From positions 1 through 36,146 of IMG/VR virus record IMGVR_UViG_3300005573_000192: a stretch of DNA of 36,146 bases, one strand, 5' to 3'. The position numbers and the translations under genes are program-made. The DNA is from a virus (lineage: Duplodnaviria > Caudoviricetes). The notes beneath the pieces are model-generated. The model was not told the DNA's origin. It worked only from the letters and a program-made list of their open reading frames with translations, and did not search any database. This document shows, one piece after another, positions 9,900 through 18,343 of this stretch (positions are counted from its first letter, which is position 1; each line of letters starts with the position of its first letter).

Positions 9900-10355
9900 G
9901 TAGACTTATTCGTCAAGTCCCGCGGAAAATTGAATATAATCCGAGACGCTTTATCCGTCATAATTCAAGCATCTCATGGTACAGCCACGACTTAGACAAA
10001 ATCAACAAACGTGATAAAACAATTTTTCCGCGCGGCTTCGCGCGGTATTTCTATTTGCCGCGCGGACGAGTATCTCCTGTTACAGCCACGACTTACGAGC
10101 ACTTTTTCTCAGTGCCGCGCGGCTCCCGCGGAAAATCTAACCTTTTATAAAATTGTACTCTGTATAGAAGTTTCGAAAATACCGCGCGAGCCGCGCGGAC
10201 ACTCTTTTTGTGTGGCTAACTCGTTGCCTTGTAAGGAGTTATCCATCCGCGCGGCTTTTATTTTTCCGCGCGGATTTGAACAATAATTCTTGGTAAGTTG
10301 TTACTCTACAAAGACTTGTTTTCCGCGCGGAAAATTTTGACCCGCGCGGAAACTG
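9900..10355. repeat. Putative replication origin with two iteron families
   Basis: Eight perfect CCGCGCGG palindromes plus variants, and four 25-bp TAAST-N15-ASWTR boxes, in AT-rich intergenic DNA directly downstream of the helicase gene. Confidence 0.7.
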
Positions 10356-10370
10356 TTTGTGGTGAGATGG

Positions 10371-11789
10371 TCAGAATGTGGCTGCACCGCGAGTGGCGAG
10401 CGCTTCTCTGATGAGCCGGAGCTGTTCTGAGCGGCTCAATGACTTGTCGGCAAATGCTGTCCTGCTGCGATATTCCCCATTTCGCCACTCTGCAGTTTCG
10501 GGGCAGCGCACCAAGTCGTAGCCCCGTTCTGCCATTTTAAAGTGGAAGTTTTTGGCATTGAGCGCTGTCAGCAGTTTCTCGGCGTCGTCGAATCTTTCCG
10601 CGCGAACGAAGTCCGTCAAATCCCGATGGAAGAACACTTTTGGTCGCTTGCCGCCCATGATTATCTGGCAAAAATCCTCCCACACATCATCCACCGCGGT
10701 GCGGCGAACTTGTGCGGCTGATTCGATGATGGCTGTTTTGCCTCGCGTGAGTGGTGGCGCCGCGGTGATTAATTGCTGAGGAATCTTACGCCGCTTGAGC
10801 CAATCAATCACACTTTCCGTTCCGCCGTTGTTTAGCCAGTGGTACAATTGGTCAAAGTAGTCTGCTGAGAACTGCCCGGACGTCTTTGGGTCGCCGAGTG
10901 CCGAACTCATGACGAACAACCTCCGGTCTTCTGTGGGGATGTACATGGCCAACGGGTCATTGGTAGTCAACACCACATGGCACAAGTTGCGCACGTAGAT
11001 TGTGTTGGCATATTTCAGTGTCATTGGTAGCATTTCCGGTGGCGAGGACAAGATTGGCTTCAATAGATTGTAAAAATTAACTGCCTTGAATTCTTCTTCC
11101 TGTGGTCGAACTTCATTGATGATGAGCAGCACACTTTTCACGTAACCGTTATAGGCGCTCATGATGGCGTCGGGACCGATTTCTGCGGCATTCCACTCGC
11201 CTACCCCGCGCCTGATTGGCATCAATGCAGTGTCTTTGCCAATACCCTGAACCCCTGCCATGACTATGCCATGATTCACTTTTTCGTCCGGTCGCTGAAT
11301 CATATGCGCGCAAAAATCGAAAAAGTGCTCATGCTCTTCCGGTTCTGGGTATAGCTTTTTGACATGATTGAGCCATGGCGTAGGGTCTTCGGTGTGAGGA
11401 ACCCAGCACCGGCTGGGCTCAATGTATAAATTGTAGCAGCATGCGCCGCGCAGCGGCATGGCGCCGCGCTCTGAAATTACCACATCATGAATAAACTTTG
11501 GCTGCCCAGGCCACCAGGTGGAACCTTCCACGGTGAGTCCTGTGTCAATATTGTTGATGGCACGTGACGGTGCCACTTTCTTCTTTTCCCCATCACTACC
11601 CAGGATGGTTGGCCATAGGCTGCGTGGGATTGCGCCGTCCACACTTTTAGCTGCCAAAAGGTTCCCGGTGGTGGTATCCCAGTATTTTTCCTGTTGCTCG
11701 TCATATCTAAAATCTTCGATAGTTCTTGTCCGCCGAACAAAGTCATGCTCGTGGCACGCTGCTTCAGCTAAGAGTTCTTCATCTGTCAT
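10371..11789 (-). CDS. Primase-associated helicase/NTPase (DUF5906, SF3-like)
   Basis: Walker A GVQGIGKD, Walker B IINE, TTN and DRR motifs; overlaps the primase stop. Confidence 0.85.
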   Translation of the reverse strand: MTDEELLAEAACHEHDFVRRTRTIEDFRYDEQQEKYWDTTTGNLLAAKSVDGAIPRSLWPTILGSDGEKKKVAPSRAINNIDTGLTVEGSTWWPGQPKFIHDVVISERGAMPLRGACCYNLYIEPSRCWVPHTEDPTPWLNHVKKLYPEPEEHEHFFDFCAHMIQRPDEKVNHGIVMAGVQGIGKDTALMPIRRGVGEWNAAEIGPDAIMSAYNGYVKSVLLIINEVRPQEEEFKAVNFYNLLKPILSSPPEMLPMTLKYANTIYVRNLCHVVLTTNDPLAMYIPTEDRRLFVMSSALGDPKTSGQFSADYFDQLYHWLNNGGTESVIDWLKRRKIPQQLITAAPPLTRGKTAIIESAAQVRRTAVDDVWEDFCQIIMGGKRPKVFFHRDLTDFVRAERFDDAEKLLTALNAKNFHFKMAERGYDLVRCPETAEWRNGEYRSRTAFADKSLSRSEQLRLIREALATRGAATF

Positions 11790-12762
11790 AGAATGCCTCG
11801 AATCCTGGTGCTGTGGCATTGACTCGCTCGAGCAGCTCACTTTGGTGCTCGGCGAGCCAATCTGTCAGGTCTCTCCAGCCTCTGCCCGCGCATGACCCAT
11901 GGTGGCACCGGAACGCGCCGACCCAGCCATTTTCCTCCGCTGGCTCTCTGATGGCCGCTCCGTTGTCCGCTGCGTCCGTGTGGCCTGCCGTCCATGGGCA
12001 GACTATGTCCTGCCAGCCCGACGGGTCTGGGGTTAGCCGCTTGAGCATGCCTGCGTCGCGCAATGCTTGTCTCACTGCCACGAACGCGCGGATGTTGTCC
12101 GCCTTGCTTGCGGTAGCTGCGCGCGGCAACGGCACGCCGCTGTGTTCGTCCAAGTTTACCTTGAACGCTTCCGCGATGTGCGCAATGCTGTATCGTGCTT
12201 CGGGATTCCAAGCTCTGCACACAACGTGCCAGCCGGAATATTTCTGCTTTCCGTTTACACCGTATGGCGGTCGGAACACCCTGTTAATACCCGCCATACC
12301 GGTGTCGTGACCCAGGAATTGCTTGGCTATAAATCCGGTGATGAGTGCGTCGAACTCCGCGCTGTCTGTCACCAGGCTGTCAAACATGTAAACGGCTTGA
12401 TGATTGCCCGGTGACGTTTCGATGAGTGCTGTGGGCTGGAGTGCCTCCAGAATGGACAACGGAAACTTGCTGCCCGCACCGGTGCCAATGTCATCAATCA
12501 TTAGCAGCACTCCGCCGGCGAAGTTATCTTTGCGCCGCCGGAATTCCCCGCGCTCATTGCGTTGCATGGCGCTGACTGTTAGGTATACATTCGCCTGGTC
12601 GTCTAGCTGCGCCACAGTGGTTATTGGTGTGACACGCCACTTGCCTGGTTGGTCTGCATTTGGGTCGCCACGAAACTGGCAGCCGAGCACCCGTGCGTGT
12701 GATGGCACGTAGCGATACATCGCTGCCAAGAATTCTTTCATTAATTGCTGACGCTCGCTCAT
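11779..12762 (-). CDS. RepB-like (AEP) DNA primase with C-terminal Zn-binding domain
   Basis: MIDD, IETSPGNHQ, RVFRPP and CPW..H..FRCHHGSC motifs; AAGGAG RBS before ATG 12762. Confidence 0.85.
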   Translation of the reverse strand: MSERQQLMKEFLAAMYRYVPSHARVLGCQFRGDPNADQPGKWRVTPITTVAQLDDQANVYLTVSAMQRNERGEFRRRKDNFAGGVLLMIDDIGTGAGSKFPLSILEALQPTALIETSPGNHQAVYMFDSLVTDSAEFDALITGFIAKQFLGHDTGMAGINRVFRPPYGVNGKQKYSGWHVVCRAWNPEARYSIAHIAEAFKVNLDEHSGVPLPRAATASKADNIRAFVAVRQALRDAGMLKRLTPDPSGWQDIVCPWTAGHTDAADNGAAIREPAEENGWVGAFRCHHGSCAGRGWRDLTDWLAEHQSELLERVNATAPGFEAFYDR

Positions 12763-12787
12763 AACCCGCTCCTTTGCTATGCTGCGC

Positions 12788-12830
12788 AAAAATGTATGGG
12801 CGAGTGCTGCTGTGCCCCTCGCCCATACAT
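12788..12830 (-). terminator. Rho-independent terminator after the SSB gene
   Basis: Perfect 13-bp stem (12792-12804 with 12818-12830) followed by a T-run on the minus strand. Confidence 0.7.
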
Positions 12831-12851
12831 AAACGTGTTCGTCAGGAGCTG

Positions 12852-13685
12852 CTAGAACTTTTCTTCTTCGTCGGTGGAGCCATCCGCCTCTGCGTCGTGG
12901 TAGTCTGCCTTGGCCATGCCCGCCGCTATTGTGTCGTGGAATTCTCGCGCCATGTCATACAGATTCGGGTCGTCCACGAAGCCTGCATGCTCTACCCGAA
13001 TGCCGAACCACGACCCCTGGTCGTTGCTTTCGGGCAGTGTGGTGATGCGAATCTTGCTCAGCCATGTCGGCGGCACCTGGCCGTTGATGCGAATGGACGA
13101 AAGAATGCCCATGAGCTGCTTGGATTTTTTGATTTGAGTAGAGCTGAGCGACAGCAGCACCTGGGTGACACCTCTATCTGTGACCATGAGCCCGAAATGG
13201 TTACGTGTGTCTGCCAGATAATCACTCTTTTTGGGATTGGGCTCACCAACGTAAATGCGTCCATCGTCCCCTTTCTTGAGTTCCCCAGCGATGAGCTTTG
13301 CCGCAACATCTTCTGGCAACCACTCGCCTTTGTATGACCCGCCGGTGCTGCTGCGTGGTGCCCACTGGATGAATCGCCGCTGGAACGCGCATGGTATGAA
13401 AATGAATCCTTCGTTGCCATCGATGAGCTCTCCAGTCACCGTGTTGATGAATTGTCCCGCTTTTGCTGCAGGATTATATCCTGTTTTACCAGCAGTGCAT
13501 TGCGGCGACATTTGCTGCAATACCCGGATGAATGGGATGGCGAACGAGTCGCGGTCGACACCTTCCATGCCGGCACCAGCGTCTTGGGCAATTCTGTCTG
13601 CGAGTGCAGTGGTGGGAAGCGCAGCTGACTGGGTAGCCGCTGCGTTGGCGTTCTTGGTTCTCTTCGTGTTCTTTTCCTCTTTCAT
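12852..13685 (-). CDS. Putative ssDNA-binding protein
   Basis: IPFIRVLQ..SPQ and ESNDQGSWF motifs; acidic tail ending in Phe (DEEEKF); in the replication block. Confidence 0.65.
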   Translation of the reverse strand: MKEEKNTKRTKNANAAATQSAALPTTALADRIAQDAGAGMEGVDRDSFAIPFIRVLQQMSPQCTAGKTGYNPAAKAGQFINTVTGELIDGNEGFIFIPCAFQRRFIQWAPRSSTGGSYKGEWLPEDVAAKLIAGELKKGDDGRIYVGEPNPKKSDYLADTRNHFGLMVTDRGVTQVLLSLSSTQIKKSKQLMGILSSIRINGQVPPTWLSKIRITTLPESNDQGSWFGIRVEHAGFVDDPNLYDMAREFHDTIAAGMAKADYHDAEADGSTDEEEKF

Positions 13686-13709
13686 TCTTGACTCCTTGTT
13701 CTTATTTGG

Positions 13710-14216
13710 TCAGTCTTTGATGACTGCCTTGCTATAAACATACACGCCGAACAGGTCAACCGGTACTGGTTCTCCTGCGGTCATGCGCTCTTTAACAAAC
13801 GCCTTGAGTGTTGCTGGATGAACGTTTTCCTCCAAGGCCACTTGATTGTTGCGGTATTTCTTCTGCAATGCTGCGGCCACTTTTTGTGCTTGGTCATGCT
13901 CGCCTTTGCCGAATTGCACTGCCACGAGCACCTTGATAATGCCGCCGAAGCCGTTGTCTAACAGCCAACGGAACGCCGCTGGTTTGTTTTTCTCGCTGAT
14001 GGCGGCATCACAGTCCTCTTGCACCGCAATCTTTTTGCCATTGGTCAGGCGAATTTCGCTGACACCAATTTCTGCCATGAGCGCAGGCAGGTCTTCACGT
14101 TCGAGCTGTAGGACTGTCGCTTTAATGGTCGCAGCCGCTTTTTCTGCTTCGACCAGCTTAGCTCGTTGTTCGACGAGTAGTTCACCCAGTTGCACTACAC
14201 GCTGTAAATCACCCAT
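13710..14216 (-). CDS. Conserved phage replication-module protein (coiled coil + alpha/beta)
   Basis: LPALMAE, AFRWL and VHPATLKAFVKE motifs; GGAGG RBS before ATG 14216. Confidence 0.6.
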   Translation of the reverse strand: MGDLQRVVQLGELLVEQRAKLVEAEKAAATIKATVLQLEREDLPALMAEIGVSEIRLTNGKKIAVQEDCDAAISEKNKPAAFRWLLDNGFGGIIKVLVAVQFGKGEHDQAQKVAAALQKKYRNNQVALEENVHPATLKAFVKERMTAGEPVPVDLFGVYVYSKAVIKD

Positions 14217-14550
14217 TCTGAATATCCTCCGTTCTGTACATTTTCGTTTCGTTGTCCCAGCGCAGCAATGTGGCTCTTCCGTTGCGTTGCAGGGCATGAA
14301 CGATGGTTAATGCTAACAGCACTACATCGCCAACGGCGAGTATGTAGTCGTCCGCTTCAATTTCCACGCCGAGTGGTTGACCAGCACGCAACATTGCGAG
14401 CGCTTGAGAACGATTGACGTCTTGCCCGAAGATGGTTACTAGCTCGCCGAATTGGGCGGCTGGGTTTGCGTCAATAGCTGGAATGCGTTGGTTGGTTGCC
14501 TTGTCGTAGCGTGTTGGTAGCTGTGGGATGTACACCTTTCTGGTTTTCGT
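14209..14550 (-). CDS. Hypothetical protein, first gene of the leftward operon; probable ACG start
   Basis: AAGGAGG lies 8 nt before an in-frame ACG; overlaps the next gene. Confidence 0.6.
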   Translation of the reverse strand, partial: TKTRKVYIPQLPTRYDKATNQRIPAIDANPAAQFGELVTIFGQDVNRSQALAMLRAGQPLGVEIEADDYILAVGDVVLLALTIVHALQRNGRATLLRWDNETKMYRTEDIQNG

Positions 14551-14615
14551 GGTTCTTTCCTCCTTTCTTTCTGTTGTGACGCACGCCAATGCCTGCGTCG
14601 AGCCGTTCTGGATAT

Positions 14616-14644
14616 AGTATCGTTCGTAATTGCGTAAAAAGCAA
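14616..14644 (-). promoter_or_regulatory. Leftward sigma70-type promoter
   Basis: TTGCTT-N17-GATACT on the minus strand, the same style as the rightward promoters. Confidence 0.7.
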
Positions 14645-14754
14645 CCTCATCTGTCCGATTATGTCTGAGACTGTCGCCCCGAGCGCCTTATTAAAAGGAA
14701 CATTTTAAAAATAATGCAAAAATAGTGCAAAATAATGCATATTTTTGACGATTT

Positions 14755-14807
14755 TGTTCAAAAGTACTTGCCTTTTAAACAGAAAAGAACGATAATAGAG
14801 AATAGAT
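14755..14807 (+). promoter_or_regulatory. Promoter repeat copy 1 (53-bp identical core)
   Basis: TTGCCT(14768)-N17-GATAAT(14791), AT-rich upstream tract, AAGGAGG downstream. Confidence 0.85.
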
Positions 14808-14829
14808 AGAACGAAGAAAGGAGGCCATC

Positions 14830-15033
14830 ATGAATCAGTGCCAGATTAGCGCAGAGATTGTTGCCGAGAGGAACGGCATATCTTTGGTCAAGATGCATAC
14901 TCGATTTGGAACAATCGAGTACTTTGTTGAAGACAAAGTCCATCTCGACGACATTGGGCTGCCGAGCATTGTGTGCCAGTGCGGCGACATTTATGAGGCT
15001 GTCAAAGCGTTTCGGAAACTTTCAGACAGGTGA
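14830..15033 (+). CDS. Small early protein, paralog of 15803-16000
   Basis: Own promoter and RBS; shares LVK, GT(I)EY and YEAVKAF with the paralog. Confidence 0.75.
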   Translation: MNQCQISAEIVAERNGISLVKMHTRFGTIEYFVEDKVHLDDIGLPSIVCQCGDIYEAVKAFRKLSDR

Positions 15034-15070
15034 AAATAATGCAGAAAAAGTGCAAAAATATGCAGATTTC

Positions 15071-15123
15071 TGTTCAAAAGTACTTGCCTTTTAAACAGAA
15101 AAGAACGATAATAGAGAATAGAT
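15071..15123 (+). promoter_or_regulatory. Promoter repeat copy 2
   Basis: TTGCCT(15084)-N17-GATAAT(15107). Confidence 0.85.
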
Positions 15124-15152
15124 AGAACGAAGAAAGAAGAAAGGAGAACGTT

Positions 15153-15362
15153 ATGACAGTGACAATCAAGACGAGCCAGTACAAGTTTTCTCACGGCAAG
15201 GAACCCCGCGGTACCGGTCGCTGGATGTTTGAGTGCCGCGAGTATGGGAAAGATACCGAGACGCTCAGTTCTTATGGTACCTACGCCGAGGCCAAGAAGG
15301 CAGTGGTAGCTATGTTGAAGGCACGTGGAGCGAAGTACCCCACCATTATCGTATTGCCGTGA
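15153..15362 (+). CDS. Small early protein
   Basis: AAGGAG RBS; HGKEPRGTGRWMF motif. Confidence 0.75.
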   Translation: MTVTIKTSQYKFSHGKEPRGTGRWMFECREYGKDTETLSSYGTYAEAKKAVVAMLKARGAKYPTIIVLP

Positions 15363-15376
15363 AAAAGGAGATTGGC

Positions 15377-15646
15377 ATGTATAAAGCAGAAAAGCAGTTG
15401 TTGAGCTTGTCCCACGACGAGTGGAATCAGATTGGTCAGCGGCTCGCCATGTCTGGTCAGGCAGCGCAGCGCAAAGCTATTGATGGCCTCGAGAGAATCA
15501 TTTGGAATGAAGAGGCTCATTTTAGACCACGCGCACGGCATGTAAATTTGGACGAGCTGTTTGTGTGGTCTGAAACGGACGAGGGACTTGATTTCTGGGT
15601 GGCTGTGAACGCCATGATTATTCGCTCGGAGCGGAAAGGTGTCTAA
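15377..15646 (+). CDS. Small early protein
   Basis: AAGGAG RBS before ATG 15377; FVWSETDEGLDFW motif. Confidence 0.7.
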   Translation: MYKAEKQLLSLSHDEWNQIGQRLAMSGQAAQRKAIDGLERIIWNEEAHFRPRARHVNLDELFVWSETDEGLDFWVAVNAMIIRSERKGV

Positions 15647-15727
15647 TGAGTTGATTGCTCGGGCAGACAACGGGTCTGCCCGACAGGCAAAAAATAATGC
15701 AAAATAATGCGTATTTTTGACGATTTT

Positions 15728-15780
15728 TGTTCAAAAGTACTTGCCTTTTAAACAGAAAAGAACGATAATAGAGAATAGAT
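15728..15780 (+). promoter_or_regulatory. Promoter repeat copy 3
   Basis: TTGCCT(15741)-N17-GATAAT(15764). Confidence 0.85.
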
Positions 15781-15802
15781 GGAACGAAGAAAGGAGGACG
15801 TT

Positions 15803-16000
15803 ATGAAGCAGAATGTAGAAGTGATTGTGGCGCACGGCGACATGATTCTGGTGAAGGTGAGCAGCAAAGCAGGTACCGAGTACTTACTCGAGAATAGCAG
15901 CATACTCACTGCAGAGTGCCAGCCCACTGTGGTGAGCCGGTTCACTGATGCGTATGAAGCAGTTAAAGCCTTTACGTATTTAGCGAGTATTTCAGAGTGA
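15803..16000 (+). CDS. Small early protein, paralog of 14830-15033
   Basis: AAGGAGG RBS before ATG 15803. Confidence 0.75.
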   Translation: MKQNVEVIVAHGDMILVKVSSKAGTEYLLENSSILTAECQPTVVSRFTDAYEAVKAFTYLASISE

Positions 16001-16003
16001 GAC

Positions 16004-16050
16004 ATTTCCGGACAGAATGCGTTGCTTTTTGTCCGGAAATAGAGCATACT
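16004..16050 (+). promoter_or_regulatory. Promoter with an inverted repeat flanking the -35 box
   Basis: TTGCTT(16022)-N17-CATACT(16045); 11-bp inverted repeat at 16004-16014/16030-16040. Confidence 0.55.
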
Positions 16051-16073
16051 ATCTTTAGAACAAGGAGACCATT

Positions 16074-16544
16074 ATGAAAGAGAAAGAGAAAGAGAAAAGA
16101 GCGATTATGACCTTAACTGACGTGATGAATGCCGACACCAAGGCGCTGGTTGAGTACTACAATGCTCATGCCAGCATTCCTGTAAAGAGATTTTCTAGCA
16201 GAGCCTCAGCAATCAAGCGAGTGGCTGCGCTCATGCAGTCCATCTCCGCCCCATCTGCAGCTCCCCAGGCGATTGCAGACATGTTGAATGCGTCGTCGGT
16301 GCCCCAGAAAGTGTTGGTGAGCCCCGCGCAGAGCAAGGCATGGCAGAACCCTGACGTGCGCAGTGCGCGGTGTGAACGTTCTGCCGTGTGCGTGGACGGC
16401 AAGGACTATCCATCTGTGCGCGCGGCTTTCCAGGCTTTAGACTTGCCCATGGGCAAGCATATTCAGTTCCGCGGCAAGCTCAAAGAGCAGGGCAAAATGG
16501 AAGCATTCGGGCACACATGGGAAATTATCCCCATTAATTACTGA
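16074..16544 (+). CDS. Hypothetical protein with C-terminal NUMOD1-like DNA-binding motif
   Basis: VDGKDYPSVRAAFQAL motif; AAGGAG RBS. Confidence 0.55.
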   Translation: MKEKEKEKRAIMTLTDVMNADTKALVEYYNAHASIPVKRFSSRASAIKRVAALMQSISAPSAAPQAIADMLNASSVPQKVLVSPAQSKAWQNPDVRSARCERSAVCVDGKDYPSVRAAFQALDLPMGKHIQFRGKLKEQGKMEAFGHTWEIIPINY

Positions 16545-16674
16545 TATGTGGAATCCTAATGATTGGCCAGACCCGCCGGTGGAGCAAGAGTCCCAGGCAG
16601 CTCGAGCGCAGCGCGAGGAAGCGCAGCTCGACGCTGCCGATGACCAACGATGGAATAGAACAAAGGAGACTAGG

Positions 16675-17715
16675 ATGAACAAGAACGAGAACGGAGTGGC
16701 AGCATTTTTGGAATTGGCCGGGCACGTTGGGTCGGTGCGAGGCATTGGAACCCTGTACAACTATGTCTGCAAGAGCAATAACACTCTTGCGGCAATGGAC
16801 GGCAAGCAATTCCTTATGCTGGTGGCCTCTTCCCTAGAAGCGATTGACGATGGCGTATACGAGCTGGCAACGAGCAGAGCTTACAGCCAGCTCGCGAAAA
16901 AATCTGCAATGAGCACTATGGAATTCTCAGATACTTACTTCTTGATGAGCTTGGACTTCCTTTTGGCTATGCCTATCACCAAAAGCCAGGCCGAAAGAAT
17001 GCTCATAGCATATACGTTCGCCAGCACCGACGATACCAGACCATACATAGAAGGTGTGCATTTTGACAGTCCATACGCTGTCGCCACGGACGGTCGCCAG
17101 ATGTACGCAGCCCTTGGATTCGATGGATTCCCCGCTGTGACACTTCCCCACACTAGGCTGATTGATATCATGCTGAAGAAAGGTGTGAACATCAGATTTA
17201 TGATGCATGGCGAGTATGCGGCATTCAGATTCGACTATCGTGACAGCACATTCTTGTATGTGGTGAAAGCGATTGATGGTCACTTCCCGAATTGGCGCCT
17301 CGTGGTCCCCGCCGGTCATACCAAACTATTGAATCTGTGGGCTGATGGTAAGCAACCCGTTCGGAAGCTTGCAGCTCCGAGTGTCGCTGAGTGGCACGCC
17401 ATTCATGCCGTTTACAGAAAGCTGGGGAAGGAAGTGCGAGACTATGCAAAAATTTCCATTCGCCCGAAAGAGCAGTCTGTGGTCGAAGTGAGGAATGAAT
17501 ACGACGACATGGTATTAGGCACCATGACATGGAACGGCTTCAAAAATGACGCCGCTGATGAAGCCCACAATGTCCTGTACATCAATGAAGAATTCTTCAA
17601 TCATGCCCTCACCGTTCTGCCCGTTGAATCTATCACTCACACAGACTGGTTGCATGCCATCGTGTTCAATTATACTGATGACAGTTTTGCCATCGTGATG
17701 CCATTTTCACGGTGA
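16675..17715 (+). CDS. dnaN: DNA polymerase III beta-clamp homolog (divergent)
   Basis: ASTDDTRPYIEGV, VATDGR, IDGHFPNWRLVVP and IVMP motifs. AAGGAG RBS at ATG 16675; the frame is open from 16546. Confidence 0.75.
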   Translation: MNKNENGVAAFLELAGHVGSVRGIGTLYNYVCKSNNTLAAMDGKQFLMLVASSLEAIDDGVYELATSRAYSQLAKKSAMSTMEFSDTYFLMSLDFLLAMPITKSQAERMLIAYTFASTDDTRPYIEGVHFDSPYAVATDGRQMYAALGFDGFPAVTLPHTRLIDIMLKKGVNIRFMMHGEYAAFRFDYRDSTFLYVVKAIDGHFPNWRLVVPAGHTKLLNLWADGKQPVRKLAAPSVAEWHAIHAVYRKLGKEVRDYAKISIRPKEQSVVEVRNEYDDMVLGTMTWNGFKNDAADEAHNVLYINEEFFNHALTVLPVESITHTDWLHAIVFNYTDDSFAIVMPFSR

Positions 17716-17730
17716 TGGAAGGAGAGCCCA

Positions 17731-17907
17731 ATGACCGAAGAAGAAGCGAGATTGCGCGCTGCGCTCATGGACATTGCCGACACAGCCCAGGCAGCGATAC
17801 AACGGTGGCAAGCCGTTGGATGGCATTATTTGACAGAGGACGAAGCTGCGTTGTATGATATTTTTACCCGGTGCAACAATGCCTTACTGTATGAGGCACC
17901 AAAATGA
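17731..17907 (+). CDS. Hypothetical 58-aa protein (not in the ORF track)
   Basis: AAGGAG RBS, MTEEEARLRAAL...EAPK, ATGA overlap with the next gene. Confidence 0.65.
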   Translation: MTEEEARLRAALMDIADTAQAAIQRWQAVGWHYLTEDEAALYDIFTRCNNALLYEAPK

Positions 17908-18146
17908 TGCAATGCTTGTCTGGTGTGTTGCGCCGGCTGAAAGTGTGCTTCAGTGCCCCACTACCCGCGCTCGATGAACGTGACTCGCTCATTCGCGGCT
18001 TTGTGTCGATGATGACTGCTGCCCAGTTTGAGCGCTATGAGCAACTGGTTGAGCGCAAGCGCGGAACCGCCATGACTCGTGCCGAGTGGCGAACGTTTGC
18101 TCAAGAGTGTTTTGAAGAAGCATGTGCGGAGGAGGAAAAATCATGA
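17904..18146 (+). CDS. Hypothetical protein
   Basis: Translationally coupled on both sides. Confidence 0.6.
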   Translation: MMQCLSGVLRRLKVCFSAPLPALDERDSLIRGFVSMMTAAQFERYEQLVERKRGTAMTRAEWRTFAQECFEEACAEEEKS

Positions 18147-18343
18147 TGTGCAATGAGCTGCGCCGAATAATAGACTGGGCGAACGCAGCTGCGGTGTATC
18201 TCGATGAGTACAGAGAGGAACTGGTTGAGCACGGAACAGATTACGATGACCCCGCAGTTGATGACATCACTCAGTTGATACATGAAGCAGAGGACAACGA
18301 ATGGATTGATGATTATGACACACGTCATAAGGAGGAATTATGA
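18143..18343 (+). CDS. Small acidic hypothetical protein
   Basis: GGAGG RBS, ATGA overlaps, very Asp/Glu-rich. Confidence 0.6.
   Translation: MMCNELRRIIDWANAAAVYLDEYREELVEHGTDYDDPAVDDITQLIHEAEDNEWIDDYDTRHKEEL

Noticed and set aside
9782-10286. Plus-strand ORFs across the origin region
   Set aside because: They are translations of the repeats (PRG/RAA), lack an RBS and run opposite to both neighbours.
14209-14550. CARF/ring-nuclease identity for the first leftward gene
   Set aside because: Only a vague alpha/beta resemblance; it cannot be supported without a profile search.
14755-15780. CRISPR-like array
   Set aside because: The repeats are promoter/RBS units separated by 260-600 bp of coding DNA, and there are no cas genes.
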